The notes beneath the pieces were generated by a model. That model was not told the DNA's origin, made no database searches, and saw only the letters and a program-made list of their open reading frames with translations. From NCBI GenBank assembly GCA_973895155.1, contig OZ316892.1:4362510-4426509 (forward strand): DNA of 64,000 nt. The letters are read 5' to 3'. The stretch comes from Marsupella aquatica. Taxonomy: Eukaryota; Plantae; Marchantiophyta. Position 1 is the first letter of the stretch, and each line of letters opens with the position of its first letter. This document shows positions 42,651-54,481 of this stretch, piece by piece. The position numbers and the translations under genes were made by a program.

Positions 42651-45600
42651 ATGCGAGGGAGAAAAGGCAGATCTATCTTTCACCCTTTACTCTTGTCTGC
42701 ACTGCTTCTGCTCTTCTCAGGACTGGTCGCCCATGCCTCCGAATCTCTGGAGGAAAACAAATCGGTGAAGAGATTTCGAGAGTACTTACGGATCCCCACA
42801 GTGCACCCAGAACCCCACTATGAGGTGGCCATAGACTGGCTGCTTGCCCAAGCAGATGAAATCGGTCTTCCAGCAACAGTAATTGAGCTGGTACCCAAGA
42901 AGCCCATCCTATACATAACATGGCAGGGGACCAATCCCTCGTTGCCATCCATTTTGCTCAATTCACATATGGATGTTGTCCCTATTGAGAAGGACAAGTG
43001 GAAGTACGACCCTTTTGAGGCCTGCATGGAGGAGAGCGGGGACATTTATGCTCGAGGCTCACAAGATGATAAGGTGGTGGGAATTCAACACTTAGAAGCT
43101 ATCAGAAGATTGAGAACTCAAGGCTACACTCTAGTGAGAACCATCCGTGTGATCTTTGTCCCAGATGAAGAAATCGGAAGTGCAGATGGGTGGGGGACAT
43201 TCATAGATTCGGAGCAATTCTTGGAGCTGAACGTTGGGGTGATGTTGGATGAAGGGCGGGTGTCAGACAATAATTCTTCTTATGACGTAGGACATGCTGA
43301 GAAATCTCCATGGTGGCTCATAATCGAGGCGGTGGGGGAGCCAGCACACGGGTCCATCTTGAGTGACAACACTGCAATGGAGAATCTATAGAAGAGCTAT
43401 GAGTCTATTTCTCGGTTCAGAGACTCCCAATTCAACCTGGTCAAGGCAGGACTTGCAGAATAGACAGATATTGTGTCGATCAATGGAGCTTATTTGAAAG
43501 CTGGTACTCCTTCTGGTGATGTACGTGCATTCAAATCTCGGTTTTTGTCTTTGGGCATTCAGCTTTTGAAATTGCTGAATGTAATCATCATATACATTTT
43601 GTTGTCCTTAACAATCCGGAACGTCATAAGTTCCTCTACTTTTGAAAAGTCCAACGTAATTACTAAACTTCGTTGCTCGTTCAATGTGAAATGCAATTAT
43701 TTCTTTTATCTTAAAATCAAAGCACGATGGCTGGAAACTGTTAATGGCTGTTGCTCTTCGGAGCAGTGTCCAGTTGAAAGGTGCCCAATGGTCATGCTTG
43801 CATTCTTTCATTACAATGCAACCACATCCGGCATTGTAGACCGCAAAAGCCAGGGTGGGCTGACGCTATGTTCCTTACCATAAACAGCTCATGTTGCCAT
43901 ATAGGGATTCGCAATGAACGTTCAACCGTCAGAAGCGGAGGCAGGATTTGATATTCGAGTTCCACCGATTGCTGGAATTGGTGCATACCTTGACAAGCGC
44001 ATTGCTGAAGAGTGGGCACCTGCATGTCGCAACTTGACTTACTATGTAAGTGATGAAAAAATGAGGAATATCTTAATCACTTTAATCTGGAAGCACTAGA
44101 AATTGAGCATACGTAAACTACACCGACGTGTCCTCGTAACGTCCAACCCTTGTTGTTCTATATTCATCGCCTGTCTTTTCCCTCTATTACTCTTGTCAGT
44201 GGACTCGTTCCTTTCCGGTAAAGATCAGGTATGTTAAAGAACTTAATTTGAGCATTCCCCAAAGCGGGAAAGCGATTTAGAGCTAAATCTGTTGGGTCTC
44301 CATAAAGTTAGCATGTTTCTCTTACTAGTTTGCTTCACTCTTTCTGGCCCACTTTGTACGTCCTACCCTTTGTCCCAGTTCAAGCTTTTAAGTCAATTCA
44401 TCACCTTTTCACTCTTGCATGGTCATATGTTCTCTATCTTCTTTGGTAAATTGTGTCACATCAAGTTGCTCAGCATCTTCATTATAGCCTTATCATGGCA
44501 GAAAGCATGCCTGGCCTGCCAGATCCTTTGCAGCTTAATCGAATGTCTTCAGGGGTATTTCCTATACAACCAGTCATTATCTTGGCAGAAAGCTTCTCTC
44601 GCCTTCCAGATCTTTTTGAGCTTTGCCGATTTTTCTATAGGGGTATTTCCGATATAACCAGTCGTAGAGTGTAAGTCCTGGTTCATAATGCGAACCATGT
44701 ATTTCTATGTTACTATCAGTTCTAGCATCTGAGATGCTGTTCTTTTAGTCGTTCGACTAGAAGTGATGTCCCTTGTTTGTGGCTCCTAGTGCCGACCAGA
44801 CGATCTTTCTGCACCCTCTATTTTCTGTTATTCAAATGTTAATCTGGATTATGGTGAAGAAGTCCTGATGTTTGTGCCACTTGTTGCATTGAGTGAGTCA
44901 CCTGGACGAAGTATGGACAAAGCCTGACCTAGGCGTTATGTAAACCCAACAAATGCCATGTTGTGAATAAGCAAATCAACCTCCGAGCGTCAGTATTGGA
45001 GACTCTCTGACGCTGACTCTTAGGTAGTTGTTGTTCATTTTTCATATTGCAGTTTAAGGTGAAGGTTGAGACTGAGAACGGTGAACGGTGAACCTCCAAT
45101 AACTGTAGCAGATGACTCCAATCCATGGTGGGCTCTCATTGGCACGGCAGTGTCGATGTTTGATACCACAATTTTTGCAAGTGTTGCTACTGGCGCGACA
45201 GATTCTCGGTTTGTGAGAATGAAAGGAATACCTTCGTTCGGGTTCACTCCAGTACATAATTTTCCCTTTCTTATGCATGCTCACAACGAGGTATTCTTCT
45301 CGGCAAGACCTCTGAGCCACTTTCTGAAATAATGTGAATTCTTGTATCATTGAATTTCCAACCACTAAGAAGGTCAATGTATTTCGAGCTAAGTTTCTCT
45401 GTTCAAGTGGCCGTTTTGTGAAGTGTTACACTTCCGTCCACCTGATGACAAAAGAAACAAAAGAATATGATTTATCGAGTTATTTTGCCCAGTGAAATTT
45501 CTAATAAACATTGAAACCTGGAAATGTTATGATGTATTCCACCGTAGCTTGTAAACAAACCAAAAAGAAAGTTCAGTTGCGTTCGATGTTGATATAAATT

Positions 45601-45876
45601 CCGAGAGTAGAGTAGCGTGTGAATTGAACTGACAACCTGGAGCAATCAGATGACTGGTTTTGTCATTGTTGGGTGTATTGAAAGTTCCCTCAGTCAAAGT
45701 TGAAACAACTCAGATCTTGTACTTGTGTTCTTCTGTTGCAGTTTATGAATGCTTGGGAATTTCTCAAGGGAATAACTGTTTTTGAACAAGTCATCCAGTT
45801 CTATGGAAACTACACCGGTGAATTGCAAGTGGGCGGTGATGATTTCAGCCAAACAGCAGAGCATTTGAAAATTTGA
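42651..45876 (+). pseudogene. ACY1: Aminoacylase-1 (peptidase M20A) pseudogene, 4 exons
   Basis: Signal peptide, then RFREYLRIPTVHP, SILLNSHMDVVP, IYARGSQDDK, FVPDEEIG, LDEG, GEPAHGS, MNVQPSEAEAGFDIRVPP, ATDSRFVR..GIPSFGFTP, HAHNE. Exons ~42651-43520, 43905-44045, 45053-45290, 45742-45876. In-frame TAG at 43389 and 43461, plus a 7-bp duplication frameshift at ~45076-45089. Confidence 0.92.
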
Positions 45877-46300
45877 AGCTGGTCCAACGTCCTCGGTGGC
45901 AAAGTTTCAGAACCTCCTTCTAAACGATTCATGTAGACGATCAAAGGTACTCGTGTTTTGAAGATGTAGCTGACAACGTTATAAGTAAATTTTATCAGTC
46001 GGCCAGGCGCAGTTGGAATGATCCAACAGTGTGCAGCAGACATAAAATTGTGCATGCTTCCTGGAGTGATTACAGAGGACACCTCTTAGGGTCGTATTAG
46101 AAGTTCTCAAGAAGTCTCAATTAGAAGTTCCTTAGGGCCCATCTTTCTAGTAGCGGGAGCACTTAGTTACTTTTTGGGTAGATAACCCAAAGACCCGCCT
46201 GCATCTCGCTTTTTGAGAGTGTCGATTTGCATTGCTAACCTTTCAACAAGGCTGAAAAATGATGTAATCAAGATGAGGTGAAATACTATTACGCTTGTAA

Positions 46301-46600
46301 TAGTTGTGCTTTCGAGACATGAAGCATTTCTTTGTAAAAGTCTATTGGAATTGGGAAATAGGATTGAGCCAACACAGACTCTCCAAGAAGTACCCTACTC
46401 CGGAAGAAAATGCGCAAGGGCAATACTTGGTTCTCGGAAAATGCCGTTTGTGACAGTGGTGCTTTCAAGACATGAAGCAGTTCTTTGTAAAGGTCTCTTG
46501 GAATTGGGAAAGAGGATTGAGCCAACACATAGACTATCCAAGAAGTACCCTACTCCGGAAGAAAATGCGCAAGAGCAACACATGGTTCTCAGAAAATCCC
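46301..46600. repeat. Two diverged tandem copies of a ~153-bp unit
   Basis: gtgctttc(g/a)agacatgaagca...ggattgagccaacaca...ccaagaagtaccctactccggaagaaaatgcgcaag...tggttctc.gaaaat at ~46301 and ~46454. Confidence 0.85.
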
Positions 46601-47805
46601 GCTCTTTCCAAGAAGCTATACAGCAATGCTGATCTGATCTCTTTTGAGGTATTTAATTTTTATTTGGATTGATCTTTATTTTCTTGCACATATTCTTTAT
46701 AGTAGTTCTTCGCACAGGTTTGACAATGACAAATTAGTTGGAAATTTTGCAAATTCAAAATCGTTTCTGCTCATTCTATTCAACAAGAGCATCCATAGAC
46801 GCCTGGAATTGCCCATAGAGGCAGTAAGAAATGCCGAAAGCAATGTGTGGAAAAGATCGTGCATTTGGAAGTTTTGGCTTGGTGTGTTCCTTACACTACC
46901 AACCATCTGCCATGTCTTGTGTTCGAGAGTGTCTACAATACGAGTGAGTAATGAAGTTGAGGATAAGGGGAATGAAGTTGAGGATAAGGGACAAATGTGT
47001 ACGACCCTTCAAGAACAAGGGAAAATTTGTACTTTGGATGCAAAATTGTTATCTAAATAGTGCTTCTATTCTCTGTCCCATGGCTTTCGAAGAATGCAAT
47101 GAGATGGTTGTGGCTCCTTCTGTCGTATATTCTAATGGTTCTCCCTCACAAGTTGAAAGCAAAAATTTTATCCCCCTCATTTTGCTGTGCGCGCTGCAAG
47201 TTAGACTTTCTGCAACTAGAGCTTTTTGTTGGAGCTCTTGCTCACTTGTGATTCCTGTCAGGGTCTGCGCTCTTGCATTGAGCCTGGCTTCTAATTCTAT
47301 CTGCAAATCATTTGCCCTATTGCATTTTCCTTAGTCCCATTTGAATAAAATGGATGTAGGATATGATTAAGGTGTAATTTACCGGAGGGACCATGAAATT
47401 GAAAAATACACCATTGACCCCATCTAGACTGCCTTTGCACTTGTTGGATCTTGTCTGCAATATTTTCCTTCTCATGTTGAGTCTATTTTCCCAATATTCT
47501 TCTGTTCTTTGTTTTATATGTCTGAAAAGCCGTTTGCCTCATTTTATCATGCCTAAAAGCCAATTGCAAGTTTTGTACAACTCATGTTCACAAAGGCTAC
47601 CCATTCCAAGTGGGCACTGGCAAAGGGTTATGGGCAATGCATTTCTGGTCTGTTCAAGATTATTCTTATATAAAGCTATGCCTTAGGGACTCCATTCCCA
47701 ACAACCTGGTAAGGTCTCATCAAAATATTCAAGTCAATTCAGTTCCTCAGTGGGACAGCTGATGTGAGAAAGAGTGCTTTGATCTCATTTGTTTTCTTTG
47801 CTTCT

Positions 47806-50214
47806 AATTGCGAGAGTTGCAAATGCAGGTTACTTTTAAGTGAATTGCAGTTCCTGTGAACCCTATCCAATTCTTTTGGGGGCCAGAGTCACCCCTATCC
47901 CCCCCCACTTTTTTGAAACAAAAGTCCCAAGCTAAACTGAGAATTGAGATGTCATTGTTCTTTTATGTGCCCGTTTATGTGTCCCTTTGAGTTGCATGTT
48001 AGCTTAGGGTGAAGAGACACACCTCTCCACCTGAAAAGTCCTAAAGTAAGCCTAAAATTAGAAACTAATAAATGGTGGTCCTTTGAAAGACATTAACCGT
48101 GTCTTGACTAAAACGTAATACTAAACCCGTGAAGAGTGAAATTAGGATTATAAGAGATGCCTCTTACAAAGTAAAACTGGTTTGAAATAGATGTGTTTTT
48201 TAAGAACTTTATTTTCTTGAATATACTTTGTGGAAAGGCATCTTTGTTAGATTTCATCAATTGGAGTTTATTTTGAAATTTTTCAAAATTTTAACAGCGA
48301 AAAGACGACGCTTTGTGAAGCGTCCATCCTAACTACCCCGCTCTAAGAAACTCTAACTCCAGAAGCGAGTAAATCCACGATGCTTTGTGAAGCGTCCATC
48401 ACAATACAGACGCTTTGAGAAGCGTTCGCAATCCGAAGTTAAGAAGATAGGCCCGACACTTTGTGAAGCGTCCACATGAGAAGCAACACCTTGTGAAGCA
48501 TCCATCCGTGTTTGAAAGACAAAAGAAGATGCGACACTTTCGGGAGCGTCCGCCAAGTATCAACGCTTTATATAGCGTCCACCCGAGTATTGGCGCTACT
48601 AAAGCGTCCAATAGGCCTGGCATTTTTCAAAACGTCCACCACAAAGGCAGAAGACAAGACGCTTCTATGAGATTTCCAATGACGCTTTATGACTTCAGCG
48701 TCCACAAGGTCCCTTGTACTTTTGGACACTTTGTGTAGCATCCACCAAGTTCCAACACTTGGAATATTTTCTGGTTTTCCACTTTTTATAACATTGCGAT
48801 ACTTTTGTCGATTTATTTGAGGCACTTAGAAGTCTCAGAAAAATTTGAAACTTTGCTAGCATAAAGATTATATGTAGTAGAGCACCCAGAGAAGTTTCAC
48901 TTCATTCCGACTTTTAGTTTAGAAGGTAAAATTAGGACAAAGTCACTATTTATTAGTTTTACCAAAAACATTGACGCTTTGAGAAGTGTCCACTGCATTT
49001 ATGGAGTTTCCAGCGGCATCCGTTTTTGACACTTTACTGTCTTTCCTTCTTTTCAAGGATTATCTTTTTAGTTGTTCATGATCAAGGTGCGAAGAGGCAT
49101 GTCTCTTTAGTTCCTTCTTGTGCTAGAATTCTAAATCCTATAAGACCCCTTAGATTACCTGTTTTAGGGGGGGACAAACCTTTATTCAGTAATCAGAATT
49201 CTAAATAGGTTCCACCTTCCATTTTAACAAGAAGGTCTTGTATGGAAGAAAAACATGTGTTTATAAATTTGTGACGGATTTTGGAAGATTCTTGTTGGTG
49301 CCTGATTTCCTATCACAAACTTGAGAGATTAGGCTATGTAAGCTAGGATTGCTTGTGAGTAAGAATTGCTAGCTAGTATCACATGGATGAATATTGATAA
49401 GGAGCAAGATTCCATTTTCAGAGTATTGAGTACCGTTGCTTTGTTCTGGAATAAGCCGTTTGATTTGAATTGCGTGTCGCTGATAGTTGAACCATGTTGA
49501 CGGCATTGTAAGGTTTATCTTTGCATTTGTAACCAGAAATCTACTATGGGTTTGGTGAGCATTCATTTTTTCTAAGAAATATTTTTATGGTGTTGAAGAT
49601 GAGTAGTTGAGGAAAGATTTGCTACAAACTCTTAACATCACAAGACCAGATTCCTTGCTGAAGGAGTGGCAATGAAGTTTTAACATATGTCAAACCTCAA
49701 TTCTAAAAGCTTCTTTCTAAACCATGACTTTGAAGTTCTTTTTCTCTTTCATGCATTTTATAATTTTGTTACCTTTTTGTGGAGAGTTTCTAGAGTGAGA
49801 CCTTAAATCACTCAAAATTAGTCAATCTTATATTCCTTTTGTTCTTAAAGGGACCAAATTCTGAGTTTATTTAAGGTTAAATGTTACTTTGTGTTCTTTC
49901 GGCCATACAACATACTTTTCTATTAAGGGCTTTCTTCTACTTGTGTCAGGCCCATCCAAGGGTGGACCCTATTCCTCTAATAGCTCATCCCAGAGTGCAA
50001 GAAGTAGATAATGAAGAAAACTCTTCTGAACCCAAATGTAGGAGAAAAAGGAAGGAAAACAATGAAGGTCAGAAACAGTCCAATTAAACAATTTGACTTT
50101 GAGTTTGACTAGAGGAAGGATTTCATTGTGAGATTTGCATATGCAGGTTACATTTAAGTGAAAGGCAGTTCCTGTCCAACCTATCCAATTCTGTTGGGGG
50201 CCGGAGTCACCCCT
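47806..50214. repeat. Pair of ~90-bp diverged direct repeats 2.3 kb apart (47806-47896 and 50124-50214)
   Basis: atgcaggttac(t/a)tttaagtgaa..gcagttcctgt...cctatccaattct.ttgggggcc.gagtcacccct occurs at both positions. Confidence 0.8.
48307..48992. repeat. Array of ~13 short hairpin repeats (consensus GACGCTT-TGTG-AAGCGTCCA) with variable spacers
   Basis: Copies at ~48307, 48379, 48409, 48455, 48486, 48533, 48562, 48592, 48619, 48658, 48681, 48725 and 48973. GACGCTT and AAGCGTC are reverse complements. Confidence 0.85.
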
Positions 50215-51223
50215 TTGTGGTGGGTTCATCCAAACTTCCACTTCTTCTTTTTCCTCATAATTTTCTCTACATTTAATGCAAATCAATGAAGGTACATTAT
50301 AAACTCTGATAAATCAATATTTAGGCCACTAAAATAAGGAAAATTCTAAGCTTATTTTCAATCTATTGGCCAATACTGCATTTCAAATGTCCCAAACTGA
50401 CAATAATCTCTAACCTGCCCCCCAAACTATTTTTTAATTAGTCAGTGACCTTAACGCGTCAATGCTAACCACTGATGGCCTCCAATTAGCACACTGTAAC
50501 CGTGTGTGGATTACCGCACCGCTCCACGGACCGCTCCCATCCTGCTCATCACCACACCTTGTACAAAAGCTAGTAAATGCAATTGAGGCAGGAGGGGAGG
50601 GTGGGCATGGTGATGGACTGGGATGGGAGGGATGTGGGTTACACTCACTCTGAGAACCCCTCGTTAGAAGATGGGTAACTGTGACCAGCTTAGAAACTAT
50701 GGTCAGGTTAGCAAACCACGGTTGGCGAAGAATTCTTCCCAAGCTTCTCAGTCAAGTTTTGGCCAAAGAGCTCGATGAGAACGCTGTTGTTCAGTTTACG
50801 CAGAAACCCTCGATCATTCTTCTGTTGCTTTCGTTTCCGTTCTTTGAGCACATGGTTTGGAGCAGACGGCCCTTCCACTTGGCACCGTCGGATCACTAAC
50901 ATTCCGGCTGCGTCGATCCTCTTGCCATGCCACTCGTCTCCTCAGTTTGTGAACGCTTGTTTGTTTCGAGGTCTGGTTTTCAAAACATAGTCATATTTTT
51001 GCAATCCTTTTCTGTGCTTCCACTCGATTATTAACTCTATCAACGAGTTTCGATTGCTCAGGTTTACATGTTTAACACCAGGAAGTTTATCGATTTGCCC
51101 TCGTGTGGACTGTCCTGATTGCTGGCTTGTTGCGCCCGACCTCGACACGCACGCCCAGACTTCAAAGGTGTATTCGATTCGCGGAGTAGTTTCCAGTTTG
51201 GACGCTGAGAAGAAGTGCTCGCT

Positions 51224-52089
51224 GACAAAGTGCTAGGGTTTTGAATTTCCCGAGCATAGAGCGTTGCAAGGTGCGAATAGATCGTCCAGAAATTCATCGT
51301 AGTTTGAATTTTGGTGGAGTCCAGTACCCCGCAGCGTAAACGAAGTCTTGTTATAAATCTAAACTACTTTCACACAAAGTCTAGTAGACTTACAGAGACT
51401 CTCTCCACCTTTTCATTTAGGCAGAACGACTCTAAGCAACACGAGCTCTCGCTCATTGGTTGTTAAGAGAGTTGAACAGTGGCTGAAACTCCTCTCGAAA
51501 TTATCTGATTCGTCGAGCTTCAGATTTGGAGTTGTCTCGTTGTGAATCTCAACTACAGGCATGAGCGAAGCATGGTAGACCTGACAACTTGAGTAGGCTA
51601 TGAGAGGCTATTATCAGATGCTCTCTCCAGACTGATGAACTTATAACTGCGACACAGAATTGATGACTGGAATTTTGTAATTAGTGAACAATCATATAAA
51701 AGTATTCCTGCACTGATAGCTCTACAGATGTCAGTTAGTGCCGTCTGCTCGAGGGCGCCCTGCGTTTTAACTCGGTTGTTGGTCAGTCTCACATATTGTA
51801 ATGCTGTGATGCACTCCTCGTGCTCTGGTTCCCTTGAGTTTAGGTAACTGGTATATCTCTCTCAATTTCAAGCAGTCCGAGCTAACGTATGCGCTCGAAT
51901 TTCCTATTACAGATATGTTGCAGTGGGTAACGAGCTATTTCTGGTGGCGTATAACGGGACCTACCAGAATGTCACACTCCCGGCCCTGGTAAATATACAA
52001 CAAGCGCTAGGAGACGCTGGTTGCACAACAAGCGCTGGAGACAAAGTGCTAGGGTTTTGAATTTCCCGAGCACAGAGCGTTGCAAGGTG
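51224..52089. repeat. 50-bp direct repeat pair (51224-51273 and 52040-52089)
   Basis: gacaaagtgctagggttttgaatttcccgagca(t/c)agagcgttgcaaggtg, one mismatch. Confidence 0.9.
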
Positions 52090-52389
52090 AAGTCCCCGGC
52101 TCCGGCTTCCGCAACTGCATCCGCAACTGCCATCGAGAGGTACAAATTGGGTACAACTTTGCTTTAGGACACGTTACTACATGGCTGCTTTTTCCGTCGT
52201 CACAAACCTGCAATTGAACACTATATATATACACTCCTGGACAATGCCTCGTCTTTACTTTTGGACTAGTGTTTGCACTTCATTGTAACGAGGGCATGCT
52301 CGAGATTGTAATTCTGTTAGGACTTTCTTTCCAGGACTTTCTTGCCGGGACTACCTACGCAAATCAAATGACGTCTACCCTGGTTTGAT

Positions 52390-53880
52390 GTGACCCGATC
52401 TCGAGATTCATGTGTGTTCGAAAACATGAATTCTTTACGTGTCGGTCATTTCTACAAAGCATGTGCTACGTATCCCACAGAGTTAAACAGTGTTTCTCCT
52501 TTGAAGTCAGATGAGATTCCTCTCATGGATTCTCCCGAGAAAGGCCAACCAATTCGCATCTCAGAGGACACTAACATTTGGTTCGGTAACAGGGTGGCCA
52601 AAGCACATTCGTGCTATTTAGTACAATTTGACCCTTCTGATAATGTCAGTGTTATTTTTTTGGGTACCTCATCTCCTCTGCACCCCCATCGCTTCGTTCG
52701 TGTTTATTCAGCAGGATTAGGAGGTACTGAGGCTCCTCCTGATTGTCTTCTCACTGATCCTCCAAATTCATTTGATGAATCATTCTACCTCAATATTAGT
52801 CATCCTCTTCGCGTGCAGCTTGTGTATGTACCGGCAAGTCGGTCCTTGAACACCCTTAGGAGGGCAACGTTGCCTCTGGGACCCCCACCACCTGTGGGTA
52901 TTAGGGATTTCGTTCAAACCGTGTCATTCTTACCAGGTATTCAACTTGATTTGAGATCAAGAAATGTATTTTGGGCCTTACATAAGGCTTATCACCAGGT
53001 GAGGCCTAGGAGGAGCCTCGATATATTTGGGAATTCTGACCATAGGTGAGAAGGAGATGGTGGAGGAAGCAGTGGCGGTCGTGGGAGTTCAGATGGGAGC
53101 AGTATTGGATCAGGTGGTGGACTTGGAGGTAACAATAAGTCAACGACGGTAACAGACTGCAGTAAAACTGAAGATGCTCCTTGGGGTCGAATTGGGGGTT
53201 TTCGAGTTGGTATCGACATACCTCTGGTGACCGAGGCAGTGAATAATTCAGATGAGGACGGCGAGGACGAGGAGGATGAGGGAGTATCTACTCCCATTCT
53301 TGATGGGAAGATAGTTGTGACGGATTTTGCACAACCCTGTTTTGCTTCTATTGCTGACAAGTTATCTGGTCTATTGCCGTGCAGTCCACCTGTGTTGTAG
53401 CGGATTGAAATGAATGCCTGCCCTGACGTTAGCTGACTCACAAGTTGAGGGTTTCGGAAAAGAAGAGCAAGTAAATCAGTATCATGGGTTCCTCCACCAT
53501 CACCAGACGACGTTCTCGACCCACTGTTGGAAGAAGTTGGCGATGTCGACTGGGTGGTAGCCAGGCGGCTGAATTTTGATAGGGCTCTTGTGCTTGCAGC
53601 GAGATTCAGAGGAAAGACCTCCAATGCAATGTGTTGGGGATGATAGAGGGAACCGCAATTCTACCTCAACTCCCACAGACTACAGCAGGAGCTCGAGATG
53701 ACAGAAAGAGTTGTTTGCACTTCATCCCCAATCAGAGTCCTGCCGGCTGCAAACTGCACATCTCTAATACAATTCAGTAGTAGTACAGAGGAGGCGGAAG
53801 AAAGCCACGAGGGAGGAAGGCAGATCGAGAGGCAGATAGGCACCCAAGGTGAATCTAAAATCTCATCGAGAGGCAGATAG
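52390..53880 (+). pseudogene. Decayed orphan intronless ORF (~497 codons), probably TE-associated
   Basis: The 219-aa ORF 52390-53049 continues in the same frame past several stops (Gly/Ser-rich linker, acidic tract DEDGEDEEDE, DWVVARRLNFDR) into ORF 53698-53880. Confidence 0.5.
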
Positions 53881-54481
53881 GCGCCCAAGGTGAATCTAAA
53901 ATCTCATCTCAACAACCTTCGTTTTTTCGGGCGTCGAAGCTTGGAGCTGTAGCCTTTGATCCCAACTTTTCGTCGCTGACTGAGGAAGGTTCCGGAACTA
54001 CTCCCGTGGAGCAGAGATGAATTACTGTTTGTTTTGGAGTGATACCTGTTGTTGTGGAGTGATACCTGTTGTTTTGGAGTGATACCTGAGGCTGTAGCAC
54101 ATCGTTTCAAGCCAAATTGCTGTTTCCTTCTCCCACCAGAAATTTGTTAGCTGTTCAAATATTGTAGTTGAAGCAGAGACATGTAACATTTGTCGCTGAA
54201 GAGAGTAAAACGAGACTTAAAAGTGCGTCTTGAAACATGCCTCATTGAAGTGAAAGGATATGGGCAAGTTATGAGCAGTGGTGATTCACATGGATTGGCA
54301 TAGGTATGACCCCCTTGTAGCTACCTTACAGAGGTGCACGCTCTGGAGTTGGTCGTCTATAGTCTGTGGATGAGGTGCATGCTCTCGAGTTGGTCGTCTA
54401 TTGTCTGTGGATGGGTCAGCTTTAGGTTTCAAGGCAAAAAACAAATGTAGCTTTAAACATGCCTCATTGAAGTGAAAGGAC
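53824..54481. repeat. Cluster of short local duplications
   Basis: 41 bp x2 (53824-53905), 20 bp x3 (tgttttggagtgatacctgt, ~54030-54088), 41 bp x2 (~54331-54413), and aaacatgcctcattgaagtgaaagga x2 (~54233, ~54455). Confidence 0.8.

Noticed and set aside
43389-43463. Stop-codon readthrough or U-to-C editing rescuing the ACY1 TAG codons
   Set aside because: U-to-C editing in plants is organellar, and the gene also has an independent frameshift, so pseudogenisation is simpler.
46640-47800. Possible decayed gene or transposase fragments on the minus strand
   Set aside because: The frames are short and interrupted, and I could not recognise any motif.
48307-48992. CRISPR array interpretation of the hairpin repeats
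   Set aside because: Repeats are degenerate, spacers are irregular and mostly too short, and there are no cas genes.
52992-53624. 210-aa minus-strand ORF
   Set aside because: It is the antisense shadow of the Gly/acidic part of the decayed + strand frame, with Ser/Pro low-complexity composition.
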